From IMG/VR virus record IMGVR_UViG_2740892219_000014: a DNA stretch of 16,633 bases. The stretch is one strand, 5' to 3'. The number at the start of each line of letters is the position of its first letter. The stretch's first letter is position 1. Position numbers and translations under genes: made by a program. Shown here piece by piece: positions 1 through 7,788 of this stretch. The notes below the pieces were generated by a model. It was not told the origin of the DNA. It did not search any database and saw only the letters and a program-made list of their open reading frames with translations. The stretch is from a virus. Its lineage: Duplodnaviria; Heunggongvirae; Uroviricota; Caudoviricetes.

Positions 1-348
1 CTACTGCATACGGCGCTGTTGCTGCTTTTCTGTATGCACGCGTTTTACTATCTTATAAATCCATTGCAGCGTCAGATTATATTTCTTCGCTAATTCGGCG
101 TAGTTGCGCCCATCGCACTCGCTGTAGATTTGATAGTCCCGCTCCGAGGCTCGCCTGGCGATTCCTTTTGGAAAATAAATGCTTTGTCCGCCCCAGTTTC
201 GCATCATGCGATCGGCAATGGCATAGCCAACATTTTCCGCAGATGAGCTATCCAGATTGATGCTCTCAATCAGAACTTGCGAAGCATGAAACGCCAAATC
301 GTTAATGATCTCCGGTGTCCGGGTCATCTCTTTTGCTTTTTGTATCAT
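1..348 (-). CDS. Mor/C-family transcriptional activator (Mu middle/late operon regulator family)
   Basis: 115-aa ORF with stop at 1-3 and ATG at 346-348; GGAG RBS upstream on minus strand. C-terminal GGQSIYFPKG...DGRNYAELAKKYNLTLQWIYKIVKR matches the Mor/C pattern (GGQ-IY-P-G followed by a C-terminal HTH ending YKI/YKA-RR). Divergent from the lysis/tail operon. Confidence 0.8.
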   Translation of the reverse strand: MIQKAKEMTRTPEIINDLAFHASQVLIESINLDSSSAENVGYAIADRMMRNWGGQSIYFPKGIARRASERDYQIYSECDGRNYAELAKKYNLTLQWIYKIVKRVHTEKQQQRRMQ

Positions 349-567
349 TTTTCATCTCCATATATCTTGCACCCTGTATGGACTCTGATGTGAGTTACAC
401 CACGGATATCCGCTAAGTTGGTGCAATTACTGCTTTTCAATACATTCAACACGCAAATAAATAATCACAATGTATATGCAATAAAAATTAAAACGAATTA
501 TAAATTCACAAAACAAATATATTATTTTCATTACATGTCTTATCAACAGGAGTGCCATTTTACACGA

Positions 568-587
568 TACTGTATACATACACAGTG
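568..587. promoter_or_regulatory. Putative LexA (SOS) box TACTGTATACATACACAGTG
   Basis: CTGT-N8-ACAG palindrome with 17/20 matches to the E. coli consensus TACTGTATATATATACAGTA, both half-sites intact. Lies in the AT-rich divergent intergenic region; a TTGAAA -35-like hexamer sits on the minus strand at 613-618, oriented toward the Mor-like gene, with the -10 ambiguous. Confidence 0.6.
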
Positions 588-903
588 CTATTTATCATTT
601 TTATCGCCTACTTTTCAAAAAGCTCGTTTCCCTCACAGTCGAGGATTTTTTTAAACAAACTTTAAAAATCAAATAAGTAACGACCATGATTGCAATATGT
701 CATCCCCTTCATTACACATAACGCAGGATTTATCTAACTAGCAGCCATTTTATCCTTAGTTCTCTATTTTGAGTTGGGAGATTAATTGGCGAACATGTTA
801 ATTCGAAGAGAACACATTTTTTAAAGTTATTTATTAAAGCTTTTTTCATTCTTCAGCAAAGAGATAAGCAGACACTGGTATCTCACTTATCAGGAGATAT
901 CGT

Positions 904-1191
904 ATGAAAAAAATCACTTTTCCCCGTCTTTCCGGTTGGCTGGCTGCAGCCATTGCTCTGATTGCATTAATCGGCTGGACATCTTCAGCACAAATTCCGG
1001 TCGTCATTTATAAACTAAGCCTGGTTTCACTTTCTGCAGTGCTGGGATACTGGCTCGATCGTAGTTTGTTCCCCTGGGCACGGCCTGACTTTTTTTGCCC
1101 CAGAAAGGAACCGCGTTGCTACGCAGCGGCAATGATTCGTCGCGCCATCATCGTGGCTGCAGTCTGCCTTTCCGTCGCGTTAGGGCTATAG
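904..1191 (+). CDS. Small hydrophobic membrane protein, putative holin
   Basis: 95-aa ORF with AGGAG RBS (892-896) 7 nt before the ATG; 2-3 hydrophobic segments and a charged C-terminal region; its stop TAG (1189-1191) abuts the start of the downstream endolysin gene. Function inferred from position and topology only. Confidence 0.45.
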   Translation: MKKITFPRLSGWLAAAIALIALIGWTSSAQIPVVIYKLSLVSLSAVLGYWLDRSLFPWARPDFFCPRKEPRCYAAAMIRRAIIVAAVCLSVALGL

Positions 1192-1193
1192 TG

Positions 1194-1799
1194 ATGTGGC
1201 TAAAATATATCGCGCTTATGATTATTTTCGTTCTTTTCCCGCTTAACGCGTCTGAACCACCACAAGCCTCTCTGGCATGGAGAAATGAATTGATTCGTAC
1301 CGCCCGAGAAGTCTGGGGACTGAACGCTCCGGTGGCTGACTTTGCCGGGCAATTACACCAGGAGTCCGCCTGGCAGCCAATGGTACGCTCCCCCGTTGGC
1401 GCACAAGGTATGGCGCAATTTATGCCTGCCACAGCGACATGGATAAGCCAACTGTATCCACAGCTACATGAAAACAAACCGTATAACCCAACCTGGGCAA
1501 TCCGGGCGTTGGTACAGTACGACCAGCATTTATGGAACAACATCTCTGCAAAAAATGATTGTCAACGTATGGCGTTTACTCTAAGCGCCTATAACGGTGG
1601 TCAGGGTTGGATTAACCGGGATAAAAAACTGGCGACAACAAAAGGGTTAAATGCCGCCATCTGGTTTGGTCATGTTGAGCAAGTCAACGCCGGGCGCAGC
1701 GCCGCAAACTGGCGAGAAAATCGTCACTATCCGAAGATGATTCTCTATCAACACGCCGCCCGCTACTTACTCTGGGGACAGGCAAGCTGTCTTCACTAA
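1194..1799 (+). CDS. Endolysin, lytic transglycosylase (SLT domain) with N-terminal signal or signal-anchor
   Basis: 201 aa from ATG 1194. N-terminal hydrophobic stretch MWLKYIALMIIFVLFPLNA; the three SLT motifs are present in order: catalytic E-S (QLHQESAWQP), GxxQ (GAQGMAQFMP), AYNxG (LSAYNGGQG). Confidence 0.8.
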   Translation: MWLKYIALMIIFVLFPLNASEPPQASLAWRNELIRTAREVWGLNAPVADFAGQLHQESAWQPMVRSPVGAQGMAQFMPATATWISQLYPQLHENKPYNPTWAIRALVQYDQHLWNNISAKNDCQRMAFTLSAYNGGQGWINRDKKLATTKGLNAAIWFGHVEQVNAGRSAANWRENRHYPKMILYQHAARYLLWGQASCLH

Positions 1800-1811
1800 T
1801 CAGAGGGGCCG

Positions 1812-2126
1812 ATGAAACTCAGTATCGATTTTTGGGAAGTGATCTCCTTTATGCTTTCATTCGTTGGATTAATGTTTGCTGCCGGAAAATTGCTGTTAGC
1901 GCAAATTGAAAAAAGACTTAATGAGCGTTTTGAGTCCCTGGAAAATGCCCGCAGGGAATCAGAAACAAGCTGGTCGAAACTGGAAAGAGAATTTCTCGAA
2001 TTTCGTGCCGAACTTCCACTGTATTATGTCCGCAGAGAGGATTATCTTCGTGGACAAGCAGTATTAGAAGCAAAGCTGGATGCCTTATATAGCAAAATAG
2101 AGTTATTACAACGTGGCAGTTATTAA
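1812..2126 (+). CDS. Membrane-anchored coiled-coil protein of the lysis cassette (possible spanin-like or Mu gp25-like)
   Basis: 104 aa with GAGGGG RBS; N-terminal TM helix (ISFMLSFVGLMFAAGKLLL) followed by a charged heptad-like segment; sits directly after the endolysin and before a terminator. Functional class is inference. Confidence 0.4.
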   Translation: MKLSIDFWEVISFMLSFVGLMFAAGKLLLAQIEKRLNERFESLENARRESETSWSKLEREFLEFRAELPLYYVRREDYLRGQAVLEAKLDALYSKIELLQRGSY

Positions 2127-2130
2127 ATAC

Positions 2131-2164
2131 ATCCCCACCTTTACGTAAGTGTGGGGATTTTTTA
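2131..2164 (+). terminator. Rho-independent terminator after the lysis cassette
   Basis: ATCCCCAC (2131-2138) pairs with GTGGGGAT (2151-2158) around a palindromic TTACGTAA loop, followed by a run of six T; located 5 nt after the stop of the 1812-2126 gene. Confidence 0.7.
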
Positions 2165-2271
2165 TAACCATTCAATTTTTTCTCTAAATCACATTAAAAG
2201 ATTCTTCACTCTCACTGCTTCAGAATACATTTCAACGATAACGAAGTGAGCGGTAATAAGGTACACCTCAT

Positions 2272-2727
2272 ATGAAAGTTTTATCTGTAATGAATTATGT
2301 CGTGGTCAGATTACGTGATCGGCATCCTGAAATGGACATATTCATTTCATCTACGGATGCCCAAAAATATATTCCACAGACACAACAGATTACGGTGATT
2401 ATTAATTATAGCGGTTCTGTCTTCACCACGCCCGAAAGTAGTGATGCCATTGTACAACAGCAAATACTCCGCTTAACCGCCACCGTTATTGTTGGCAAAA
2501 ATTGTGATGCGTTAAACGCACTTGATCACATACGCAGCGCATTGGGAGGCCTTCAGCCTCCTGATTGCGATCATCTTATTTGGCTTGAAAAAGAAATTAA
2601 TACGGGTGAGAGCGACGGTTTCTGCCGCTACATCCTGGAAATGGCGACCAGCTCGCTGTTTATCGCTGAACAGGACAGCACGGATCTTCCCCTGCTTACT
2701 GAAGTTAATTACGAGGAAACTGAATGA
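2272..2727 (+). CDS. Phage virion protein, Mu gp37-like (putative tail completion or terminator protein)
   Basis: 151-aa ORF at the position Mu gene K (gp37) occupies immediately upstream of the sheath gene; its stop overlaps the next ATG (ATGA). Start codon uncertain (ATG 2272 or 2290). Family assignment from synteny and size, not a strong motif. Confidence 0.45.
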   Translation: MKVLSVMNYVVVRLRDRHPEMDIFISSTDAQKYIPQTQQITVIINYSGSVFTTPESSDAIVQQQILRLTATVIVGKNCDALNALDHIRSALGGLQPPDCDHLIWLEKEINTGESDGFCRYILEMATSSLFIAEQDSTDLPLLTEVNYEETE

Positions 2728-2921
2728 AATATATCTACAACGGTCCGGCAAGCGGCGTCACCCTTGCCGACGGTCAAGAAATCTTATTATGGCCGAACAG
2801 TGAAATTGATCTGCCAGAAGACAATGAGTGGGTTATGACCATGATTGCCCGAAATCACTTGATTCTCATCATCCCCCAGGAAGAACAAAATAACGTAGAG
2901 GAAATTGTACATGGCAGCTAA
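2724..2921 (+). CDS. Small phage protein, Mu gp38-like, translationally coupled between gp37-like and sheath
   Basis: 65 aa with GAGGA RBS (2714-2718); start overlaps the upstream stop and its end overlaps the sheath start by 11 nt; acidic; syntenic with Mu gp38. Confidence 0.4.
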   Translation: MKYIYNGPASGVTLADGQEILLWPNSEIDLPEDNEWVMTMIARNHLILIIPQEEQNNVEEIVHGS

Positions 2922-4332
2922 TTATCTGCACGGTGTAGAAACCATTGAAATTGAAACCGGCCCGCGTCCGGTAAAAGCAGTAAAATCAGCTGTAATCGCT
3001 TTAATCGGTACCGCTCCCTGTGGCCCGGTAAACCAACCGACGCTGTGCCTTTCTGAAAGTGACGCGGCACAGTTTGGATCGATTCAGGCTAACTTTACGA
3101 TCCCGCAGGCGCTGAAGGCGATTTATGATCACGGTGCCGGTACAGTGGTGGTAATTAATGTGCTGGATCCAGTAAAACATGGACTACACATTACCAATGA
3201 AACCATTACGTTCAATAGTGACGATAAAGCTAAATTAGCTCATCCGGGGGTAAGTTCGGTAACGCTAAGAGCAAGTATCAGTTCCACTACATACAAAAAT
3301 ACATCATACAGCGTTAATGCCGCTGACGGCGTTATTACCCGTACAGGAACTGAAATTGCGGCAGGAGCAAAGGTTTACGCGACTTATACCTATGTTGACC
3401 CTACAAAGGTCACCGCAGCCGATATTATCGGGGCCGTTAATACCGCAGGCGATCGCACGGGGATGAGGCTCCTTCAGGACACTTATAACTTGTATGGTTT
3501 CTACGCCAAAATTCTGCTGGCACCCGTTTTTTGTACGCAAAAATCAGTGACTACCGAGCTGATTGCACAAGCGGAAAAACTCGGTGCGATTACCTACATT
3601 GATGCCCCAATTGGGACTACATTCCAGCAGGTATTGGCTGGACGCGGTTCGCAAGGCGCAATCAACTTCAATACCAGCTCTGATCGTGCACGTTTATGCT
3701 ACCCACACGTCAAAGTTTACGATGGCATCACTAACCAGGAAATTCTTGAACCTCTCTCTTCGCGCGCTGCCGGGCTACGTGCCAAAGTAGACCTCGAAAA
3801 AGGTTTCTGGTGGAGCAACTCAAACCAGGAAATTCAGGGTATTACCGGTATCGAACGTTCGCTTTCCGCAATGATTGATGATCCACAAAGCGAAGTGAAT
3901 CAGCTCAACGAAAACGGTATTACCACTATTTTCAATAGTTATGGTTCTGGTCTGCGCCTGTGGGGCAACCGCACAGCGGCATGGCCAACCGTGACTCATA
4001 TGCGTAACTTTGAAAACGTTCGCCGGACAGGCGATGTAATTAATGAGTCAATCCGTTATTTCAGTCAACAGTATATTGATATGCCGATCAATCAGGCACT
4101 GATTGACGCGCTGACCGAATCGGTAAATACCTGGGGCCGAAAACTGATTGCCGACGGCGCACTGCTTGGCTTTGAGTGCTGGTACGATCCGGCGCGAAAT
4201 TCACCGGCTGAACTCAGTGCCGGGCATTTATTGCTCAGCTATAAATTTACCCCACCGCCGCCGCTGGAACGTCTGACGTTTGAAACTGAAATTACCTCTG
4301 AATATTTAGTCTCTCTGGAGAGCAATCGCTAA
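2911..4332 (+). CDS. Contractile tail sheath protein (Mu gpL / P2 FI family)
   Basis: 473 aa from ATG 2911 (GAGGA RBS 2898-2902; the track's TTG at 2905 is less likely). N-terminus MAANYLHGVETIEIETGPRPV is typical of sheath proteins; size and position directly upstream of the tube gene fit. Confidence 0.9.
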   Translation: MAANYLHGVETIEIETGPRPVKAVKSAVIALIGTAPCGPVNQPTLCLSESDAAQFGSIQANFTIPQALKAIYDHGAGTVVVINVLDPVKHGLHITNETITFNSDDKAKLAHPGVSSVTLRASISSTTYKNTSYSVNAADGVITRTGTEIAAGAKVYATYTYVDPTKVTAADIIGAVNTAGDRTGMRLLQDTYNLYGFYAKILLAPVFCTQKSVTTELIAQAEKLGAITYIDAPIGTTFQQVLAGRGSQGAINFNTSSDRARLCYPHVKVYDGITNQEILEPLSSRAAGLRAKVDLEKGFWWSNSNQEIQGITGIERSLSAMIDDPQSEVNQLNENGITTIFNSYGSGLRLWGNRTAAWPTVTHMRNFENVRRTGDVINESIRYFSQQYIDMPINQALIDALTESVNTWGRKLIADGALLGFECWYDPARNSPAELSAGHLLLSYKFTPPPPLERLTFETEITSEYLVSLESNR

Positions 4333-4856
4333 TGGCTGGAAAAATTCAAATTAACCGTATTACCAACGCCAATATTTATCTCGATGGTAATAATCTTTTA
4401 GGCCGTGCAACAGAAATTAAATTGCCAGATGTCAGTTTAATTATGCAGGAACATAAAGCACTGGGCATGGTGGGTAAAATAGAACTCCCGGCTGGTTTCG
4501 ATAAACTGGAGGGGGAAATTAAATGGAACTCCTTTTACCAGGACGTAATGCGTAAAACGGCAAACCCGTGGCAGGCTGTAGCATTACAGTGTCGCTCCAG
4601 TATTGATTGTTATAACTCTCAGGGGAAAGCGAATCAATTAGCGTTAGTCACACATTTAACCGTGATGTTTAAAAAAAATCCACTGGGCACATTTAAACAG
4701 AATGAAAACCCGGAATTCAGCAGCGCCTTTGGCTGCACTTATATTAAACAAGTAGTCGATGGTGAAACGCTGCTTGAACTGGATTATATGGCGAATATTT
4801 TCCGCGTTAACGGCGTGGATCAATTAAGTACCTATCGCAATAACATCGGTGGCTAA
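4332..4856 (+). CDS. Tail tube protein (Mu gpM / P2 FII family)
   Basis: 174 aa; start overlaps the sheath stop (TAATG). N-terminus ...NANIYLDGNNLLGRATEIKLP and C-terminus ...NIFRVNGVDQLSTYRNNIGG closely resemble the P2 FII tube pattern (NLFxDGxN ... VNGVDxLxxxRxNIG). Confidence 0.9.
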   Translation: MAGKIQINRITNANIYLDGNNLLGRATEIKLPDVSLIMQEHKALGMVGKIELPAGFDKLEGEIKWNSFYQDVMRKTANPWQAVALQCRSSIDCYNSQGKANQLALVTHLTVMFKKNPLGTFKQNENPEFSSAFGCTYIKQVVDGETLLELDYMANIFRVNGVDQLSTYRNNIGG

Positions 4857-4862
4857 GTTATT

Positions 4863-4878
4863 CGGGGCTACGGCCCCG
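4863..4878 (+). other. GC-rich hairpin (CGGGGC-TACG-GCCCCG) right after the tube gene
   Basis: Perfect 6-bp GC stem with tetraloop 7 nt after the tube stop; no T-run follows, so more likely an RNA stability or attenuation element than a full terminator. Confidence 0.35.
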
Positions 4879-4906
4879 AACTCCGCAAAATAAATAAGGA
4901 TACAAA

Positions 4907-5224
4907 ATGAAAGAGCATTATATCTTACAGTTTCCCTTTACGTCGGCAGCAGGAAATAATATCGACACGCTACAATTACGTCGCCTGAAAGTCAAAGATA
5001 TGCGTAATGCACGCCGGGTCAGCGAAAAGCCGGAAGAATGGGATGAACCGCTAATGGCAGCGATGACCGGGCTGGTACCAGAAGATTTAGCTGAAATGGA
5101 TTTGCTGGATTACCAGGCGTTGCAGAAACGATTTCAATCCATGCTTACCGTGGCTACAGAATCCCCCCTTGCTATGGCAGGCAATGGCGCTACTGGCGAG
5201 ATGGTTTCGCTTTCCACCCAGTGA
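4907..5224 (+). CDS. Tail assembly chaperone (P2 gpE / Mu gp41 position), short in-frame product
   Basis: 105 aa, acidic, with AAGGA RBS; located between the tube and tape-measure genes, as for tape-measure chaperones. Confidence 0.7.
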   Translation: MKEHYILQFPFTSAAGNNIDTLQLRRLKVKDMRNARRVSEKPEEWDEPLMAAMTGLVPEDLAEMDLLDYQALQKRFQSMLTVATESPLAMAGNGATGEMVSLSTQ

Positions 5225-5312
5225 GATTGACGCTCTAACGATAGATGACTTTAGTCACTGGCTGGATGAAGCCAGCGCTCAAATAAAAATCGAATATGAC
5301 TCGCAGACCTGA
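5163..5312 (+). other. Putative programmed frameshift site (C6 run) and +1-frame extension giving a longer chaperone isoform
   Basis: The +1 frame (equivalent to -2) is open from 5055 to a TGA at 5310-5312, overlapping the chaperone 3' end; UCC_CCC_CUU at 5162-5170 would let tRNA-Pro re-pair 2 nt back; the extension reads ...PPSEIDALTIDDFSHWLDEASAQIKIEYDSQT. The -1 frame closes almost immediately. Confidence 0.45.
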
Positions 5313-5412
5313 TGTCTGCGAGTTCTTCAAAGCCCGCCAGGTTTATTTCTTCCCAGCCCATTTTTCAGAAAACTAACCAGCGGGCCATCACCAATCTATA
5401 AGAGAAACAATT

Positions 5413-7788
5413 TTGGCCAACGATATTATTACCCAGCTTCAGGCGCGTAATGAGACGTTGACGCAGGCAATAGCCCGTTACGGCTCACTCAACGCCAGAA
5501 CATTGTTAGCACTCTCTTCTCAGCAAGCGACAGTAATCAAACTAACGCAGCAACTTGCCGATTCCGCTCTCCGCCTGGAGGAAAATAGCCGAAACCGCGC
5601 TGATCTGATGGAGAAAACCCAAACATTTGCTGGGCAATTTAGCAAAGTATTCAATGTTGAAGTCCCTGACTGGAAGTTGCCGTATGAGTTTCAGGACAAC
5701 ATGGTCAATTTGGCGACCAAAGGTGGGATGAATGATACAACCCGCGAGACACTCAGCCTTAATCTGCGCGACTGGAGCATGGATTTTAACCAGCAGCAGA
5801 CCACCTTACAGAACGCAGCCCAGGTGCTAATCGAAGGTAATTTGTCGTCGATGCAGGATCTCAACCGTTATATGCCGGAGCTCGCCAAAGCGGCCACCAC
5901 CACGCGCGAAAGTGCTGAAACATGGGCGAATGCCGCGCTCGCGACTCATGATCGACTGAATATTGCGCCAGAAAATTTCCACGCCGCGCAAAACATGATG
6001 TACGGCATTAGCAAAAACGGTGGGCCTACCGTTGCCGGGCAAACACAGTGGATAGACAAATTTGCAGTTAAAACTGGCGCACAGGGTTTAGAAGGTATGG
6101 CTGAACTGACCGCCACAATGCAGATCGCAATGAAAAATGGTGCCAGCGCCAGTGTGGCGGCGGAGAATTTCGACCACTTTCTGCAAACCATCTTTTCGAA
6201 AAAAACCGATAACTGGTTCGTCAGCCAGGGCGTCGATCTGCAAGGCTCTTTGCTTGAACATCAGCAAAACGGCATGGGTGTTAGCGAAGCCATGATTCAT
6301 ATCGTGCAAACGCAACTTGAGAAGATGAATCCGGCGATCCTCGACACCTTCAAACGCACCATGCAAATTGAAGATTTATCTGCTCGCAGCAACGCACTGC
6401 AATCGATGGTGACGCAATTTAATCTGGGCGAAATGTTCGGCGATGCGCAAACAGTGGAATTCCTGGCACCTGTGCTGGCGAATATGGAAGAGTATCGCCA
6501 GTTAAAAGCATCCGCCATGCAAGACAGCGGTAAGAATATGATTGACAACGATTTTTCTGTGCAGATGGCCTCGCCCATTGAACAAACTAAAACGTTACAA
6601 CTGGCGTTAAATGATTTATGGCTCAGCATTGGCTTGCAATTAATGCCGCTGATTGGCGAGTTGGCGCAAAGCCTTACTCCGGTGATTCGCCAGTTCAGCG
6701 CCTGGCTACGTGAACACCCGGCGCTGGTGCAAAACATTGCGAAAATCGTCGGAGCGATTTGGCTGTTTAACGGCGCACTGAATGTTTTAAAGCTGGGCGC
6801 GAACGTCATCGCCTCGCCGTTTATTCGTCTGGTCGATATCTTCCTGAAAGTCAGGGCAAGTCTGACGCTCACAGGCGCGGCAAGTAAGATGCTATCAGCG
6901 GTTAATTCATTATATAACGGCGCAAAATGGCTAACGCAACTGCTTGGCCGTGGCCTGATTGGCGCATTGAAACTGGCAGGTCAGACCGTCTTCTGGTTGG
7001 GTAGAGTTTTATTGATGAATCCTATTGGTCTGGTCATCACCGCGATTGCGGGCGCTGCTTATCTGATCTATCGCCACTGGGAACCTATCTCCAGATTCTT
7101 TTCCGCCATCTGGCAACGTATCACCACGGCCTTTGACGGCGGCATTGCAGGGATTTGCCGGTTAATTCTCGACTGGTCGCCGCTGGAGTTGTTCTACAAC
7201 GCCTTTTCCAGTGTGATGAATTGGTTTGGTGTCGAGATGCCTGCAAGTTTTAGCGAGTTCGGCAGCAATCTTCTGGGCAGTCTGGTTGACGGCATAATGA
7301 ATGCTTTCCCCGCTCTGAAAGGCATTATTGATCAGGTCAAAAACGCCTTACCGGACTGGCTAAAAACCACGATGGGTATTAGCACAGAAGGATCGGCTAC
7401 GGCTGTTACAAGCACGACGAATACCGCATCAATCTCCCCCACGACCGTTGTTCCAGGCGTTGCCGGAGCGATTTTAACGCCTCCTGTGGGCAAACAACTC
7501 GCGCCATCCAGTAAAACGACAACGTCGCCATCGACACCAGCGGAAAAAAATACAGCCGCCAAACCCGCATCGGCTTCTTTACCTGGTAAATCTGTAACCA
7601 AACCGGCGACGCTCCCCTCCCGTTCCTCTGGAAAAGTTCAGGTGAATTTTTCGCCACAAATTACCGTGCAGAGTAACGGACAAAACACCACTAAAGACAT
7701 TCAGAACGTGTTGACGATAAGTAAACGCGAACTGGAAAGAATGATTAACGACGTAATGGCGCAACAACAGCGCCGGGGGTATGCCTGA
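5413..7788 (+). CDS. Tail tape measure protein
   Basis: 791 aa; helical Q/A/L-rich N-terminal half, hydrophobic glycine-rich segments in the middle, and a Ser/Thr/Pro-rich low-complexity C-terminal region; sits after the chaperone gene. Apparent TTG start at 5413 (no in-frame ATG or GTG after the upstream stop at 5374-5376). Confidence 0.85.
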   Translation: MANDIITQLQARNETLTQAIARYGSLNARTLLALSSQQATVIKLTQQLADSALRLEENSRNRADLMEKTQTFAGQFSKVFNVEVPDWKLPYEFQDNMVNLATKGGMNDTTRETLSLNLRDWSMDFNQQQTTLQNAAQVLIEGNLSSMQDLNRYMPELAKAATTTRESAETWANAALATHDRLNIAPENFHAAQNMMYGISKNGGPTVAGQTQWIDKFAVKTGAQGLEGMAELTATMQIAMKNGASASVAAENFDHFLQTIFSKKTDNWFVSQGVDLQGSLLEHQQNGMGVSEAMIHIVQTQLEKMNPAILDTFKRTMQIEDLSARSNALQSMVTQFNLGEMFGDAQTVEFLAPVLANMEEYRQLKASAMQDSGKNMIDNDFSVQMASPIEQTKTLQLALNDLWLSIGLQLMPLIGELAQSLTPVIRQFSAWLREHPALVQNIAKIVGAIWLFNGALNVLKLGANVIASPFIRLVDIFLKVRASLTLTGAASKMLSAVNSLYNGAKWLTQLLGRGLIGALKLAGQTVFWLGRVLLMNPIGLVITAIAGAAYLIYRHWEPISRFFSAIWQRITTAFDGGIAGICRLILDWSPLELFYNAFSSVMNWFGVEMPASFSEFGSNLLGSLVDGIMNAFPALKGIIDQVKNALPDWLKTTMGISTEGSATAVTSTTNTASISPTTVVPGVAGAILTPPVGKQLAPSSKTTTSPSTPAEKNTAAKPASASLPGKSVTKPATLPSRSSGKVQVNFSPQITVQSNGQNTTKDIQNVLTISKRELERMINDVMAQQQRRGYA

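Noticed and set aside
418-654. 78-aa plus-strand ORF in the divergent intergenic region
   Set aside because: Extremely AT-rich, low-complexity translation, no RBS, and it spans the LexA box and promoter-like elements; more likely non-coding regulatory DNA.
1148-1543. 131-aa minus-strand ORF
   Set aside because: Lies entirely antisense within the holin and endolysin genes, which have strong motif support; no independent signal.
2905-2910. TTG start for the sheath gene as given by the ORF track
   Set aside because: An ATG at 2911 with a GAGGA RBS at optimal spacing is two codons downstream and gives the typical sheath N-terminus.
5221-5238. -1 frameshift as the chaperone extension mechanism
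   Set aside because: The -1 frame hits a stop within a few codons (TAA at 5236-5238), whereas the +1 frame is open for about 85 codons and overlaps a C6 slippery run.
5827-6872. Minus-strand ORFs of 71-191 aa inside the tape measure gene
   Set aside because: Antisense to a long, well-supported coding frame; such ORFs arise by chance in GC-balanced coding DNA and have no RBS or synteny support.
7332-7767. Minus-strand ORFs opposite the tape measure Ser/Thr/Pro-rich tract
   Set aside because: Produced by low-complexity coding sequence on the other strand; Gly/Val/Ala-rich translation with no start context.
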